From positions 1,216,001-1,280,000 of the forward strand of contig OZ219918.1 in the NCBI GenBank assembly GCA_964291415.2: a stretch of 64,000 nucleotides of DNA, given 5' to 3'. Made by a program: the position numbers and the translations under genes. Shown one piece after another: positions 20,280 to 30,552 of the stretch. The notes beneath the pieces are model-generated. The model had not been told where the DNA came from and made no database searches. It was given only the letters and a program-made list of their open reading frames with translations. Within the stretch, counting starts at the first letter, position 1, and the number at the start of each line of letters is the position of its first letter. This stretch comes from Alphaproteobacteria bacterium (GTDB lineage: Bacteria; Pseudomonadota; Alphaproteobacteria; SP197).

Positions 20280-21427
20280 TCGGCGGCCTGAGGCACGGGC
20301 AGGGGGCCACCTTCCATGGCCTGCATGACGAGCCTGTGGAAATGGTGCACCGCGTGCTCGCTGATGTGGCTGCGGCCGCTGTCGACGATGAACCGGCCGC
20401 GGTCGTAGCCACGCGACTTCAGGCCCGCATGGACACTCTCGCAAAGAGCGATGTCCTCAGGCTGAAGCACGTCGACCACGTAGTCGATCGCCGCCTCGGA
20501 CTGATGGGTCAGCGCGCCGCCCAGCGAGTGCCAGTGCAGATGCTCGACGCAGCCTTCGGGTCCGTCGGGGAGCATCTGGAGAGTCATGAGATTGGGTTCG
20601 CCCGGCATCAGCCAGATCGTCAGGTTCGGCCACACGAAGTAGCCGGCGTAGCCGAAATCGACGTCGCCGGTTTCGAAATCGTAGGCCGTGCTCCTGTTCG
20701 AGCGTGGCTTGTCCGATGTCTGCGCCGACCAGTACTGGTGCGTGCGATTGCGGTAGGTGGGCATCTCGACCATGTCGACGAAGGCCGGATGCGCCGGTTC
20801 GCAGTGGTAACACTCCTGGAAGTTGTCGATGACCACCTTCCAGTTGGCCTTCAGCGCGAAGTCCCGTTGGCACGCCGGCTCGAGAGATGCGGCCCGGGGC
20901 ATCCAGCGTAGAATGTCGTCCTCGAGGCCGGCATACTGTTCGCCGAACGGGATGGCTTCAGCGTCGAGATTGACGAAGACGAGGCCAAGCATCGTGTCGA
21001 CCCTGACCTGTTGAAGTGAAAACGCCGACTTGTCGAAATCGCGGACATTCTCGCAGCCGCGCGCCGTCCTCAAGGACCCGTCGAGATTGTAGGCCCAGGC
21101 GTGGTAAGGGCATGTCATGACGGGCCCCAGAGTGCCGCTGCCTTTGAGGACACGGTGCGCCCGGTGCTGGCAGACATTGTAAAAGCAGCGCAGGACGCCG
21201 TCACGCCCCCTGACGAGAGCGAGGCTCTCGTCGGCGATCTCCACCACCCGATAGCTGCCAGGTGCCCTGAGCGTGCTTTCGTGTCCGGCAAAGAGCCATG
21301 AGCGGGCGAAGATTCGCTCCTTTTCCTCCTCGAAGATCAAGGGATCGGTGTAGTAGCGCGAGGCCATCGTGAAGGAACGGGAGGGGTCGTCGTGGAGACC
21401 TCCCGGAAGAGCGTCATGAAGTGTCAT
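20276..21427 (-). CDS. Rieske non-heme iron oxygenase alpha subunit, CntA/YeaW-like
   Basis: CQHRAH...CPYHAW Rieske motif, NWKVVIDNFQECYHC..H, EDIALCESVHAGLKSRGY, SEHAVHHFH. Confidence 0.85.
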   Translation of the reverse strand: MTLHDALPGGLHDDPSRSFTMASRYYTDPLIFEEEKERIFARSWLFAGHESTLRAPGSYRVVEIADESLALVRGRDGVLRCFYNVCQHRAHRVLKGSGTLGPVMTCPYHAWAYNLDGSLRTARGCENVRDFDKSAFSLQQVRVDTMLGLVFVNLDAEAIPFGEQYAGLEDDILRWMPRAASLEPACQRDFALKANWKVVIDNFQECYHCEPAHPAFVDMVEMPTYRNRTHQYWSAQTSDKPRSNRSTAYDFETGDVDFGYAGYFVWPNLTIWLMPGEPNLMTLQMLPDGPEGCVEHLHWHSLGGALTHQSEAAIDYVVDVLQPEDIALCESVHAGLKSRGYDRGRFIVDSGRSHISEHAVHHFHRLVMQAMEGGPLPVPQAAE

Positions 21428-21706
21428 CGTGGCAGTCCGCTGACCATGCGATATCGCCGCACCATATGAACGCCTCCCGACGAATTCAATCGAGATGTGT
21501 CACACAGACTCTCAAGATTTTCTCAATGAACGTCCGCCCTACGCGCTCTCCATCTGCGTCGGCTTCCATTTGGCGCACCAGGCCCGGGCCGCCGGAGGTC
21601 ACCGCCGCTTCGCAACGGGTCGGCATGGGATCCGGTGCGTCCAGCGCCTTGTCGAGCCAGGCGGGGACGCGTTTCATGGCGTGCCGGAACCGCGCGGATA
21701 TGCGCG

Positions 21707-22942
21707 TCAGGCGGTTTCCGCTGGGGTGAGGTGGAAGCCGCGCTCCTGGACGAAACTCCCGAATTCCTCCTGTGTCATGAGGGCAAACCCGGAGCGCCGG
21801 GACATGTGCTCGCGTACCGCCGACACGATCTCCGCGACGGTTTGCCCGTTCGCGGACCAGCCGAGGACCGAGAGGTTGTAGAGGACCGTGAATTCGTTGC
21901 AGCGCCGGCCGATCGACAGGTGGTGGCGGTTGCCGACCAGCCGGGGCGGGTAGATCAGGGCTTCCTCGAATCTCCCCTCCTGGTGAAGCTCCCAGTAGAC
22001 CTGCTGAATCTCCTCGGTCTCAGGAATCGCGAAGGCCGAATCGCCCACGACCGGCTTCTGCCGGGGGATCGCGAGGCCAATCGAACGGGAAACGAGTTCA
22101 GAGAGCTCCTTCAGGGACGAAAGGTCGATGCCGGTGGAAACGCCGATGTGCATCTCGGCCGCCACGGCGAACTCCTCGAGCGGAACAAGGCCCGTGAATT
22201 CCCCCACACCGTTCACCGTGGTCTGGATGGTCGAGGCGCCCGCCAGGACGGCCGCCATGGCGTTGACGACGGCCATGGAGGAATGGTTGTGCAAGTGAAC
22301 CTGCAACGGACGGTCGGTCCATGCGGCGACGAGCCCGACGAGATGGTGGAGGCCCCATGGCGAGATCGTGCCGACGGAGTCGCCGATGGTGAACTCGTCG
22401 CAATGCGGTGTGAGTTCCCTGATCAGCCGTTCCAGGAATTCCGGTCGTGTGCGCGTTGCGTCCATGCACATCAGGCACGTGTGCATGCCTTGCGCCCTGG
22501 CATGGTCGGTCAGGCTGCGGGCGAGGTCGATGATGTCGGCGCCGGACTTACCCTGAGGCACAAGGGCGTCGTTGACTCCCACCAGAATGTCGATGTCGGA
22601 GAGGCCGGTTTGCCGGGCGATGTCGATCTCCTGGGCTGTCTTGACGAAGGAACTCAGGCGGACGGGCAGGTCGAGGGCGACGATCTTCTCCGCGCAGCGG
22701 ATGTCGTCGTCGGACGGCAGGGGCGAGTTGCCGAGAATGGACATGCGGCCGACACCGGCGCCGGCGAGTTTGCGGGCAATGGCGATGCGGTCGGCTTCGC
22801 TCAGGTATGCTCCCGCCATTTCCTCGCCGTCGCCCTCAAGCGTGAGGTCGTGGATGGCGACGTTCTTCGGCCTGTCGGGTTTCTGCAACTGTGGAGCGAG
22901 CCAGTTGTAGGGACTGGCGTAGGGTGTGAGCGTGGGCATCAT
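21707..22942 (-). CDS. DRE-TIM metallolyase (LeuA/homocitrate-synthase-like) with atypical active-site motif
   Basis: HDLTLEGDGEE in place of DTTLRDGEQ. Also DATRT, GDSVG, HLHNH, TVNGVGE, KPVVGDSAF. Confidence 0.75.
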   Translation of the reverse strand: MMPTLTPYASPYNWLAPQLQKPDRPKNVAIHDLTLEGDGEEMAGAYLSEADRIAIARKLAGAGVGRMSILGNSPLPSDDDIRCAEKIVALDLPVRLSSFVKTAQEIDIARQTGLSDIDILVGVNDALVPQGKSGADIIDLARSLTDHARAQGMHTCLMCMDATRTRPEFLERLIRELTPHCDEFTIGDSVGTISPWGLHHLVGLVAAWTDRPLQVHLHNHSSMAVVNAMAAVLAGASTIQTTVNGVGEFTGLVPLEEFAVAAEMHIGVSTGIDLSSLKELSELVSRSIGLAIPRQKPVVGDSAFAIPETEEIQQVYWELHQEGRFEEALIYPPRLVGNRHHLSIGRRCNEFTVLYNLSVLGWSANGQTVAEIVSAVREHMSRRSGFALMTQEEFGSFVQERGFHLTPAETA

Positions 22943-22975
22943 CCGATCTCCCAGGGTTCTGTTCCGCCGGTATCT

Positions 22976-23782
22976 TCAACAGGAGGCAAACGCGGTGAAG
23001 GACGTCCGCTTGAGGTAGCGATCCAGGAACTGCCGGGATCGCTGTTCCCTGGGACTCGAGAGGAAGTCGGCCGGCGCGCCTTCCTCGATGATCGAGCCTT
23101 CGTCCATGAACACGATGCGGTCCGCCGCCTCGCTCGCGAAGCCGATCTCGTGGGTCACCACGATCATGGTTGTGCGCTGCTCCGCGAGCGCCCGCATGAC
23201 GTCGAGGACCTCCCCGACGAGTTCCGGATCAAGTGCGCTCGTGGGTTCGTCGAACAGGAGGATTTCAGGCTCCATGGCAAGCGCGCGGGCGATGGCGACG
23301 CGCTGTTGCTGGCCGCCGGAAAGCTTGGCGGGATAGCTTGTCGCCTTGTCCTGCAGTCCGACCCGGTCGAGCAGGACTTCGGCCCGCTCGCGGGCCTCAT
23401 TCCTGGAGAGGCCCCGGACGATCATCGGTCCCTCCATGACATTGCCGATCGCCGTCCTGTGAGGCCACAGGTTGAAGGATTGGAAGACCATGCCGATCCG
23501 GCTGCGCTGCCGTCTCAATCGGGCATCGCCCAGTGGCCTCGGGGTGCCGTTGGCATCCCTTTCCATGCCGAGCATTTCATCACCGATCCATACCGTTCCC
23601 GAGGTCGGCGGCGACAACCAGTTCAGGCAGCGCAACAGGGTGGACTTGCCTGAGCCCGAAGGACCCAGGACGCAGACGACCTCGCCCTTGGCCACCTCGA
23701 GGCTGATGTCACTGAGGACCTCGAGATCCCCGAAAGTCTTGACCAGGTGTTCGGCGCGAATGGCGGGCACGTTCTTCGTCAT
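22976..23782 (-). CDS. polar amino-acid ABC transporter ATP-binding protein
   Basis: [35 protein letters not shown]. Confidence 0.95.
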   Translation of the reverse strand: MTKNVPAIRAEHLVKTFGDLEVLSDISLEVAKGEVVCVLGPSGSGKSTLLRCLNWLSPPTSGTVWIGDEMLGMERDANGTPRPLGDARLRRQRSRIGMVFQSFNLWPHRTAIGNVMEGPMIVRGLSRNEARERAEVLLDRVGLQDKATSYPAKLSGGQQQRVAIARALAMEPEILLFDEPTSALDPELVGEVLDVMRALAEQRTTMIVVTHEIGFASEAADRIVFMDEGSIIEEGAPADFLSSPREQRSRQFLDRYLKRTSFTAFASC

Positions 23783-23792
23783 GGTGGCGCTC

Positions 23793-24452
23793 TTACCTCG
23801 CTTCACGGTAGCGGGTCACGCGACGTTCCAGAGACCGCATGCCGTTCTCCCAAACGCAGAGGATGGTCCAGTAACAGATGGCGGCAAATGTCCAAAACTC
23901 GAACGGGGCATAGGTCCGGGCAACGACCTGCTTGGTCTCGAAAGCGAATTCGTGCACCGAGATGATCGACAGGATCGCCGAATCCTTGACGAGGCCGATG
24001 GAGATGCCGGTGAGCGGAGGGATGATGAGGCCCAGGGCCTGCGGCACGGTGATCCTACGCGCCGCCTGCAGGCGGGACATGCCGACCGAGCGCGCGGCTT
24101 CCAGCTGTCCTGAGGGAATGGCGTCGATGGCGCCGCGCATGATTTCGGCCATGTAGGGCGAATAGTAGAGCGTCAGGGTGAGAAGGCCCGCCGCCAGTTC
24201 CGAAAGCCTGAGGCCGATGTCCGGGAGAACGAAGTAGATCACGTAGAGCAGCACGAGTATCGGGATGCCCAGGATGATCTCCGTATAGATGCGAACGATG
24301 ACGGCGAGCGGCCGGATGCCGGAGCGCTGCATCGCGACCAAGACGGCTCCGGTGACAATGGAAAGCAGGATGCCGGCCGCGGAGATGATGATGGTGACCT
24401 TGAGGCCCTCCAGCAGGAGCGGCGCATACTTCAGAATCTGTTCGAGATCCAT
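23793..24452 (-). CDS. polar amino-acid ABC transporter permease
   Basis: EAA motif [12 protein letters not shown] and HisM-type TM pattern. Confidence 0.92.
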   Translation of the reverse strand: MDLEQILKYAPLLLEGLKVTIIISAAGILLSIVTGAVLVAMQRSGIRPLAVIVRIYTEIILGIPILVLLYVIYFVLPDIGLRLSELAAGLLTLTLYYSPYMAEIMRGAIDAIPSGQLEAARSVGMSRLQAARRITVPQALGLIIPPLTGISIGLVKDSAILSIISVHEFAFETKQVVARTYAPFEFWTFAAICYWTILCVWENGMRSLERRVTRYREAR

Positions 24453-24467
24453 GCCGGGCGTCCTCCT

Positions 24468-25124
24468 TCAGGTGTGGAGCAGCCGGAAGCGGCGTTCCAG
24501 CCACCGGGAGACCTGGGTGAAGGAGAGGGCAATGAGGACGTAGCCCACCGCGATCGGGAGGAAAATCTCGACGGCGCTGAACGCTCTTGCCTGGATGACG
24601 ACGCCTGCGTAGGTGAGTTCGGTCACCGCCACCACCGAAGCAAGCGGTGTCGACTTCAGGACGATCGTGAACTCGCTGGTTAGAGCCGGCAGGCTGACCA
24701 CGAACGCCTGCGGCAGGATGACCCGGAACCAGATCTGCCGGGTCGACATACCCATGGCCCGTGCCGCCTCGATCTGTCCCTCGGGCACATTCTGGACAGC
24801 CGCTCTGAGGATTTCCGTCGTATAGGCTCCGCTGTTCAGTCCGATCGCCACAGCCGCGGCGAGGAAGGCCTGTCCCTTGATGCCCAGCAGGGGCAGGCCG
24901 AAGAAGACGACGAAGAGCTGCACCAGAAGGGGCGTGCCGCGCATGATGCTGACATAAGTCCGGCTGAGCCAGTAGCCGCCCGGGATCTTCGACAGCTGGA
25001 GCATCACCGAAATCGTGCCGAACAGCAGACTCAGAATGACACTGCAGACGGTCAGTTCCACAGTGACGATCGCTGCCGATGCAAGAATGGGTACGGATTC
25101 GTAGAAAAGGTCGAGATTGAACAT
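24468..25124 (-). CDS. polar amino-acid ABC transporter permease
   Basis: RGTPLLVQL, GQIEAARAMGMS, VILPQA. Confidence 0.92.
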   Translation of the reverse strand: MFNLDLFYESVPILASAAIVTVELTVCSVILSLLFGTISVMLQLSKIPGGYWLSRTYVSIMRGTPLLVQLFVVFFGLPLLGIKGQAFLAAAVAIGLNSGAYTTEILRAAVQNVPEGQIEAARAMGMSTRQIWFRVILPQAFVVSLPALTSEFTIVLKSTPLASVVAVTELTYAGVVIQARAFSAVEIFLPIAVGYVLIALSFTQVSRWLERRFRLLHT

Positions 25125-25150
25125 GTGCTTCCAGGCACCGGGAAGGGATA

Positions 25151-25182
25151 CGCAGGGGCCGCGGCAGGCCGCCGCCCCTGCG
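25151..25182. terminator. GC-rich stem-loop between the substrate-binding gene and the permease (mRNA stabiliser or partial terminator)
   Basis: CGCAGGGGC...GCCCCTGCG inverted repeat in the usual position for ABC operons. Confidence 0.5.
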
Positions 25183-25230
25183 CCGGTTGCTTTGCGGTCC
25201 GGTCAGATGATCAGCCGACCGGGCAGGGAT

Positions 25231-26082
25231 CTAACCTTCGGGAATGAAATTCTCTTCGGGAAGATTGTCGATCCGGAAGCCGAAGTGTTTCTCCTGAAGC
25301 TCGCCCATCTTGCCGCTGGCCTTGAGTTTCTTGAGGGCATCGTTGAGCGCCGCGTTGAGCTTCGGATCATCCTTGTTGGTACCCCAGCCGATCACCGCCT
25401 TCGTGCCGATCTCACCGACGACTTCCATCTCGATGTCCGGGCGGCTGGCCATGGCCTTGTGGAGAACGACGATGTCGTCGACGACGCAATCGACCCTTCC
25501 GTCGACCAGGGCGGCGATGGTCTGCTCCACGGTGTCGAAACTCAGGAGCTCCACCTCGTCCATGCCTGCGGCCGACAGTTTCTCGTTCATCGATTGCATC
25601 ATCTGCTCGGGTTGCGTCGTCTGCTTGACGGCGCATCTGTTGCCGGAAAGGTCATTGATGTTGCTGTTCGTGACATTGGCGTTGCCCTTGGTTGTCAGTA
25701 TCGCGTTCACGGTCGACGTGATGGGTATCGTGAAGTCGATCTTCTGGGCACGCTCGGCGGTGATGTTCAGCGCCGTGGCGGTGAAATCGAACGATCCGGC
25801 GATGAGGCCGGGAATGACGCCGCTGAAGGCCATGACCTGGTAGTCGATCTCGACACCCCAATCCTCGGCAATGGCTTCGAGCAGCTCGGGATCGTAGCCG
25901 ATGATATTGCCCTCCGAATCAGTGTATTCGAAGGGTGCGAAGGTCGGATCGATGGCAACGATCATGCTGCCTCGCTCCATGATGTCGTCGAGGGCATCGG
26001 CCTCGGCGGGCGCCAGTCCGGCGTTCATGCCGAGCACGATGACGGCAGCAGCCGTCGACGTGATAATGTGTCTTGTGTCCAT
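25231..26082 (-). CDS. ABC transporter substrate-binding protein (family 3)
   Basis: Signal peptide, PTFAPFEY, GYDPEL, ITAERAQKIDF. Confidence 0.92.
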   Translation of the reverse strand: MDTRHIITSTAAAVIVLGMNAGLAPAEADALDDIMERGSMIVAIDPTFAPFEYTDSEGNIIGYDPELLEAIAEDWGVEIDYQVMAFSGVIPGLIAGSFDFTATALNITAERAQKIDFTIPITSTVNAILTTKGNANVTNSNINDLSGNRCAVKQTTQPEQMMQSMNEKLSAAGMDEVELLSFDTVEQTIAALVDGRVDCVVDDIVVLHKAMASRPDIEMEVVGEIGTKAVIGWGTNKDDPKLNAALNDALKKLKASGKMGELQEKHFGFRIDNLPEENFIPEG

Positions 26083-26147
26083 GGAAATTTCTCCTTTGGT
26101 CCGTTGAACGTTCGTTACGTTGTGCCAGTGATTCCCGTGCTTGTGCG

Positions 26148-27185
26148 TCACCCTCCTTCCTTACCGGGTGTGCCGAACAGTCGAAGGCGATTCACGCCAC
26201 CGTCTGGAATCATGTTGAAGCGGACATGAGTCACCGTTCCGAGGACGGCGACTTCATCCTCGAAGGTGTGGACCCGGTCCATTTCGAGTTTCTGCTCGGG
26301 CAGCAGATCCTGCCAGAACAGTGACGATGCCACGGCCGACGAATCGTCGGCCGCATGCGCGGCAGCCTGAATTGAACATCGGTCGGGATAGTTGCCCTTG
26401 AAGTGGGTGGTGTCGACAACAATTTTTCTGACCGTTCCCGCACAGGCGAGGCGAAACAGCGCCCATTCGTTGCCGGGTTCGCGCCGTCTGCGGGTTTCCC
26501 ATCCCTCGGCCATGGTGGCGCCGACACCGGGATAGAGGATGTTCGCCGGCGATCCGTAGTGCTGGTCGCTGCAGTCCACGAGCCAACCACCGTGTTCGAT
26601 CGCCGCAAGGTCCATCTCTGCCGCGCCGTCCCGGTCGCGAACGATTTCGCCGTAAACGCGCAGGCGAGCGACACCCCCGTCGGGATAGATATTGAGGCGC
26701 ACATGTGTCCACAGACCGTCGTTGTCGATCGGCCGGACGTGGTGAGCGTTCCCCTCCAGGGCGACCGGCGGCAGGACCTCGGTCCAGGTGGTGGCATCAT
26801 CCGGGTCGCCGCTGCAGCGGCAAGCGTCGATGGAAGCGGACGGCGGAAAGTTGCCGGTGAAGTGACTTGTATCGATATCGAAGCCCCGGATTCGTCCGGT
26901 CGCCGAAAGCCTGACGATACAGTAGTCGTGTCCCGTCGTTCTCCTGCGCCTGGTCTCCCATCCGTCCATCCACTTGCCGTGATCGTCGTACCTGTCCGGA
27001 ATGAAGCGCGCGGGACGCGGTTCGAGCATGCGCTCCTTCGGCGCAAACCACTCGTTGTTCGCGAACACCGCGACAGCACCCAGGCGGGGGTCGGCGAGGT
27101 TGGGCCAGCGCTCCGCAAGCGTGTTCTCGCTGGCCGGGACGAACTCGCCGAGTGTCTCGTCGAAGAACAGACCGGCTCCGGTCAT
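26148..27185 (-). CDS. alc: allantoicase
   Basis: Two allantoicase repeats: [54 protein letters not shown]. Confidence 0.95.
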   Translation of the reverse strand: MTGAGLFFDETLGEFVPASENTLAERWPNLADPRLGAVAVFANNEWFAPKERMLEPRPARFIPDRYDDHGKWMDGWETRRRRTTGHDYCIVRLSATGRIRGFDIDTSHFTGNFPPSASIDACRCSGDPDDATTWTEVLPPVALEGNAHHVRPIDNDGLWTHVRLNIYPDGGVARLRVYGEIVRDRDGAAEMDLAAIEHGGWLVDCSDQHYGSPANILYPGVGATMAEGWETRRRREPGNEWALFRLACAGTVRKIVVDTTHFKGNYPDRCSIQAAAHAADDSSAVASSLFWQDLLPEQKLEMDRVHTFEDEVAVLGTVTHVRFNMIPDGGVNRLRLFGTPGKEGG

Positions 27186-27661
27186 CGAAGGTCCGTGTCG
27201 AGCGTCACCACGATCCCCTCGTCATCGATGCTCTCCTCTTCGTAGTCCTGATCGAAGACCTCGCCTCTTGCCGAGCGGTCCACAACCAGGAAATCGGCGG
27301 CATGGAGCGCGATGAGGGGGAGATGCCATGTACCGGGGTGGAGGCTGACGCCCTGGCTGTGCCGCGCCACGACGATCAGAAACTCCGAACGGTCGAGAGG
27401 CACGAAGGCCTGACCGGGCACGGGATAACGTTCCATGAGACTCAGCCGGAAGGGAAGCATCGCGAGCATGAGCACCTGGAAGATGCTGAATAGGGGCCTG
27501 CCGTCCTCGGCCGGCACGTCGACCCTGGCGAGGTCGTGATGAGGCAGGACCTCGCCATTGTTGATTTCGAGGCACGAGCGCGGATCCCGTTCGACGACAT
27601 CGCCGAAGGCGCGGAAGGCCAGTCTGGTCAGAGGTTCGACCCGGATCTCCCCTATCGACAT
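27182..27661 (-). pseudogene. allA: ureidoglycolate lyase (AllA-like), degenerate
   Basis: EPLT..AF..FGDV, INNG and FLVVDR are kept, but MERH is MERY and a segment appears missing between FLIVVA and QGV. Confidence 0.6.
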
Positions 27662-27842
27662 TCTGCCACCCCGATTCGCGTGCGGTGCAACATTCAATCG
27701 CTCAATTCAAGCGGCGGTCAAGCGTCCATTGTCTCGGTCCGGGCACCCTTCGGGAGCCGCCTTACGGGCAGTACCGGGCCGTTGCGGCATGATGAGGACC
27801 GTCTGCCGGCATCTCGAGGGGTTTGCCCATGCACTACGTCAG

Positions 27843-28130
27843 AGCCGGTCGATCTTTCCGTCGACGGCAGCGAGGACCTCTTTCCCGTGGCCCGGGTGTT
27901 CTGCATCGGACGCAACCATGCCGGCCATGCGATCGAGATTGGCGGCAATCCGGAGCGCGAGGAACCGTTCTTCTTCGGCAAGCCGGCCACGGCGATCGTG
28001 CCGACCGGAGGACCGCTTGACGAACCTCCGGCCAACGGCGGTCTTTACCATGAGGTCGAGCTCGGAAAGGGCGGCCGCGACATTCCGGTCCACGCCGCCG
28101 GAGACTGCATCTTCGGCCATGCGGTCGGCG
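27843..28130 (+). pseudogene. fumarylacetoacetate hydrolase family fragment
   Basis: FPVARVFCIGRNHAGHA, PFFFGKP, HEVELGKGG (hydrophobic strand missing). C-terminal half absent. Confidence 0.7.
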
Positions 28131-28215
28131 CGTTGCTGTCAACAATTCTATTGAATGCTGCAGTCCCCGAGCATATCTCTTCAGTGCTGGTTCGATCGCT
28201 CACGTGGCTACGCTC

Positions 28216-28461
28216 ATGACGACACTTGTCAAATGCACCGACCCTCCGAAGCAGCTTGCTGAAGCCGTCTGGGTCGATTCCGCACGTATGAGTGGCGTGC
28301 CCGGTTTCCGCGGTACGCGCTTACCGGTTCAACAGCTCTTTGACCGGATTGCGGACGGCATCCCCCTGGACGGGTTCCTGCCCAACTTTCAGGTCGACCG
28401 CAGGGCGGCCACCACCGCCCTGCGTGCCGGAGCGTCGGCCGACTGCGCTTTCCCCTCCTGA
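28216..28461 (+). pseudogene. DUF433-like antitoxin, probably decayed
   Basis: VWVDSARMSGVPGFRGTRLPVQQLFD DUF433 signature. Confidence 0.65.
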
Positions 28462-28470
28462 CTCCCCGGC

Positions 28471-28800
28471 ATGAGGCTTCTCCTTGACGTCGGTGTGTCG
28501 CCGCGCCCGCGCCAGCCACTCCGGCAGCAGCTCGCCGGTGCCTTGGTCAAATCCGCGGAATCTCACAGCTGGCGTTCGCTCCGTGACCACGAACCCTTGT
28601 CTGCGGCGGAGCGTGGCGGTTTCACGACTCCCACAACGACCGATGGGCGCATGGCGGCGAAACAGCCGCACGCACCATCGCCATCATTGTGGTCGACGAC
28701 ATCAGCCTTGCCGGACTCGTGGCCCCGCCTCCAGCATTGCTGAGGCTGTTCGGTCGGCACTCCCCGGCGAGAAGCGCCTCGTGCCGTTCGCACAACTCCG
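28471..28800 (+). pseudogene. PIN-like (DUF5615-type) toxin, frameshifted
   Basis: MRLLLDVGV...LRDHEPLSAAERGGF...TTD. The AIIVV strand continues in another frame. Lies directly after the DUF433 gene. Confidence 0.55.
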
Positions 28801-28849
28801 CCGATGATCCGTGCTCCTTTGCCGGCTGGGAAGGGGAGGCGATGCCGGG

Positions 28850-29060
28850 CTGGAACCTTGATGGCGCGCGGACAGATTCCGACGCCGTCCTGATTGCTGC
28901 GGTCTCCGACAACGTGTCAGCACCGGCAATCGCTTCGGGAGGCGTGAAGCGGGCCGATCACCTTGTCGCGGCCCTGAACGCCGGCGCCAACGCCGTGCTT
29001 GCGGCTTCGACTTTCCTCGACGGCGACTGCACGGTGGCCGACTTCAATCAGGCGATGACC
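28850..29060 (+). pseudogene. HisF C-terminal remnant
   Basis: DG...IAAVSDNVSAPAIASGG....HL..AL.AGANAVLAASTF resembles the HisF C-terminus. No N-terminal part. Confidence 0.6.
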
Positions 29061-29083
29061 CCGAACCGCCTCGAGAACGAGCG

Positions 29084-30295
29084 GTGGTAGACCGCGCCCC
29101 GCCAGTCGATGTCGGCGCAGGACGGCGTCTTCCGATCCTGGCCTTCTGTGCCGGCCACATGGCCGTCGACTGGCCCCACGGCGCACTCTGGATTCTGATT
29201 CCCGCGATCGGCGTTGCCATGGACCTATCGCCATCCGATCTTGGGCTGATGGTGAGCCTTACGGCAATCGGGGGCACGCTGAGCCTGATCCCCGCCGGGA
29301 TGCTCAGCGACCACACCCGGCGCCGGGGAGCTCTCTTCGTGAGCACATTCGTCTGGGTGGCCGCGGGTTACGGCCTTGCCAGCCTGGCGCCTGACTTCTG
29401 GTCCCTGACGCTGCTGCTTGCCGTTGCCGGGATGGGCACCTCGGCCTGGCATCCCCTGGCCACAGGCACGCTGACGCAGGTCCTGCCGGCGCAGCGGGCG
29501 CGAGTGCTGGGTATTCACGCCATGGGCGGTACCCTTGCCGAGGTCTTCGCACCCGTGCTGACCGGCGCCCTGCTGGTCCACGTCGACTGGCGGCAGGGCC
29601 TGCTCCTGGCTGTCGTTCCTGCTGTTGCCATTGGTCTCGTTTTCTTTGCCATACGCGGCCGCCTTACGGTTCCCGCAGAATCTGGTGCGCGCATGGCGGA
29701 TCTCAAGGAGCTCGCGCAACGCTGGCTCAGCCGCGCCGGCCTCCTGCTCGTGGCGATGATCAGCATCTACAACATGGCCATCATGGCCACGCTCGCGATG
29801 GCAACGCTCTTCATCGTCAACGATCTCGGCCTGTCCGAGTTCTGGGCAGGCATCGCGTTCGCCGCGATGATCCTGGCCGGCGCGGTGTTGCAACCGGTGA
29901 TGGGGCATCTCTCCGACACGCTGGGACGGCGCAAGATCTTCGCCTTCTCGCTGCTGGCTGCCGCGCCTCTTGGCTTTCTCATGCCCCTGGTCGAAGCGCC
30001 CTGGCTCGCTCTGGCCTTCCTGATCGCCATGATCGGGGCCTTCTACGGTGTTCGTTCGGTCGTACTCGCTTCTGCGGTGGATTTCGCCGGCAAACGCGAA
30101 GGAACGACGCTGGCGCTGGCCTTCGTGCTCATGGACGGCGTGGGTGCGTTGGGCGCCTTCCTGGGCGGCCATGTCGGTGATATTGACCTCGCCTATGCCT
30201 TCTCGCTTGCCTCGGCGTTCGCCGTGGTGGCAGCGACTCTCGCAGCTGCTTCGACACTTGTCTCCCCGCGCGCACGAAAGGAGGCGGCAACTTGA
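29084..30295 (+). CDS. MFS transporter
   Basis: About 12 TM helices. Motif A variants GMLSDHTRRR and GHLSDTLGRRK. Confidence 0.88.
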   Translation: MVDRAPPVDVGAGRRLPILAFCAGHMAVDWPHGALWILIPAIGVAMDLSPSDLGLMVSLTAIGGTLSLIPAGMLSDHTRRRGALFVSTFVWVAAGYGLASLAPDFWSLTLLLAVAGMGTSAWHPLATGTLTQVLPAQRARVLGIHAMGGTLAEVFAPVLTGALLVHVDWRQGLLLAVVPAVAIGLVFFAIRGRLTVPAESGARMADLKELAQRWLSRAGLLLVAMISIYNMAIMATLAMATLFIVNDLGLSEFWAGIAFAAMILAGAVLQPVMGHLSDTLGRRKIFAFSLLAAAPLGFLMPLVEAPWLALAFLIAMIGAFYGVRSVVLASAVDFAGKREGTTLALAFVLMDGVGALGAFLGGHVGDIDLAYAFSLASAFAVVAATLAAASTLVSPRARKEAAT

Positions 30296-30552
30296 TCATG
30301 CCCCCGAACCAGCTCAAGGACGGTCTTGCCGTGTCATTCGAAAGTCTGGAGTGTGCTTTCGTATCCTGAAGAAGCCGAATCGAAGGAATCGCCCCTGGAG
30401 GCCTCCCGGAAGGGTATCCTGGAACGTCGTCGAGGCGATCCGCTGCCCATCACTGTCGCCGTGTCAACTGATTGTCCCCCGATGTTGGCTGACCTGGCGG
30501 ACAGCTTGACATCGGGTCGATCAAGTCCGGATCATTGATCGGGGAGGCGACC

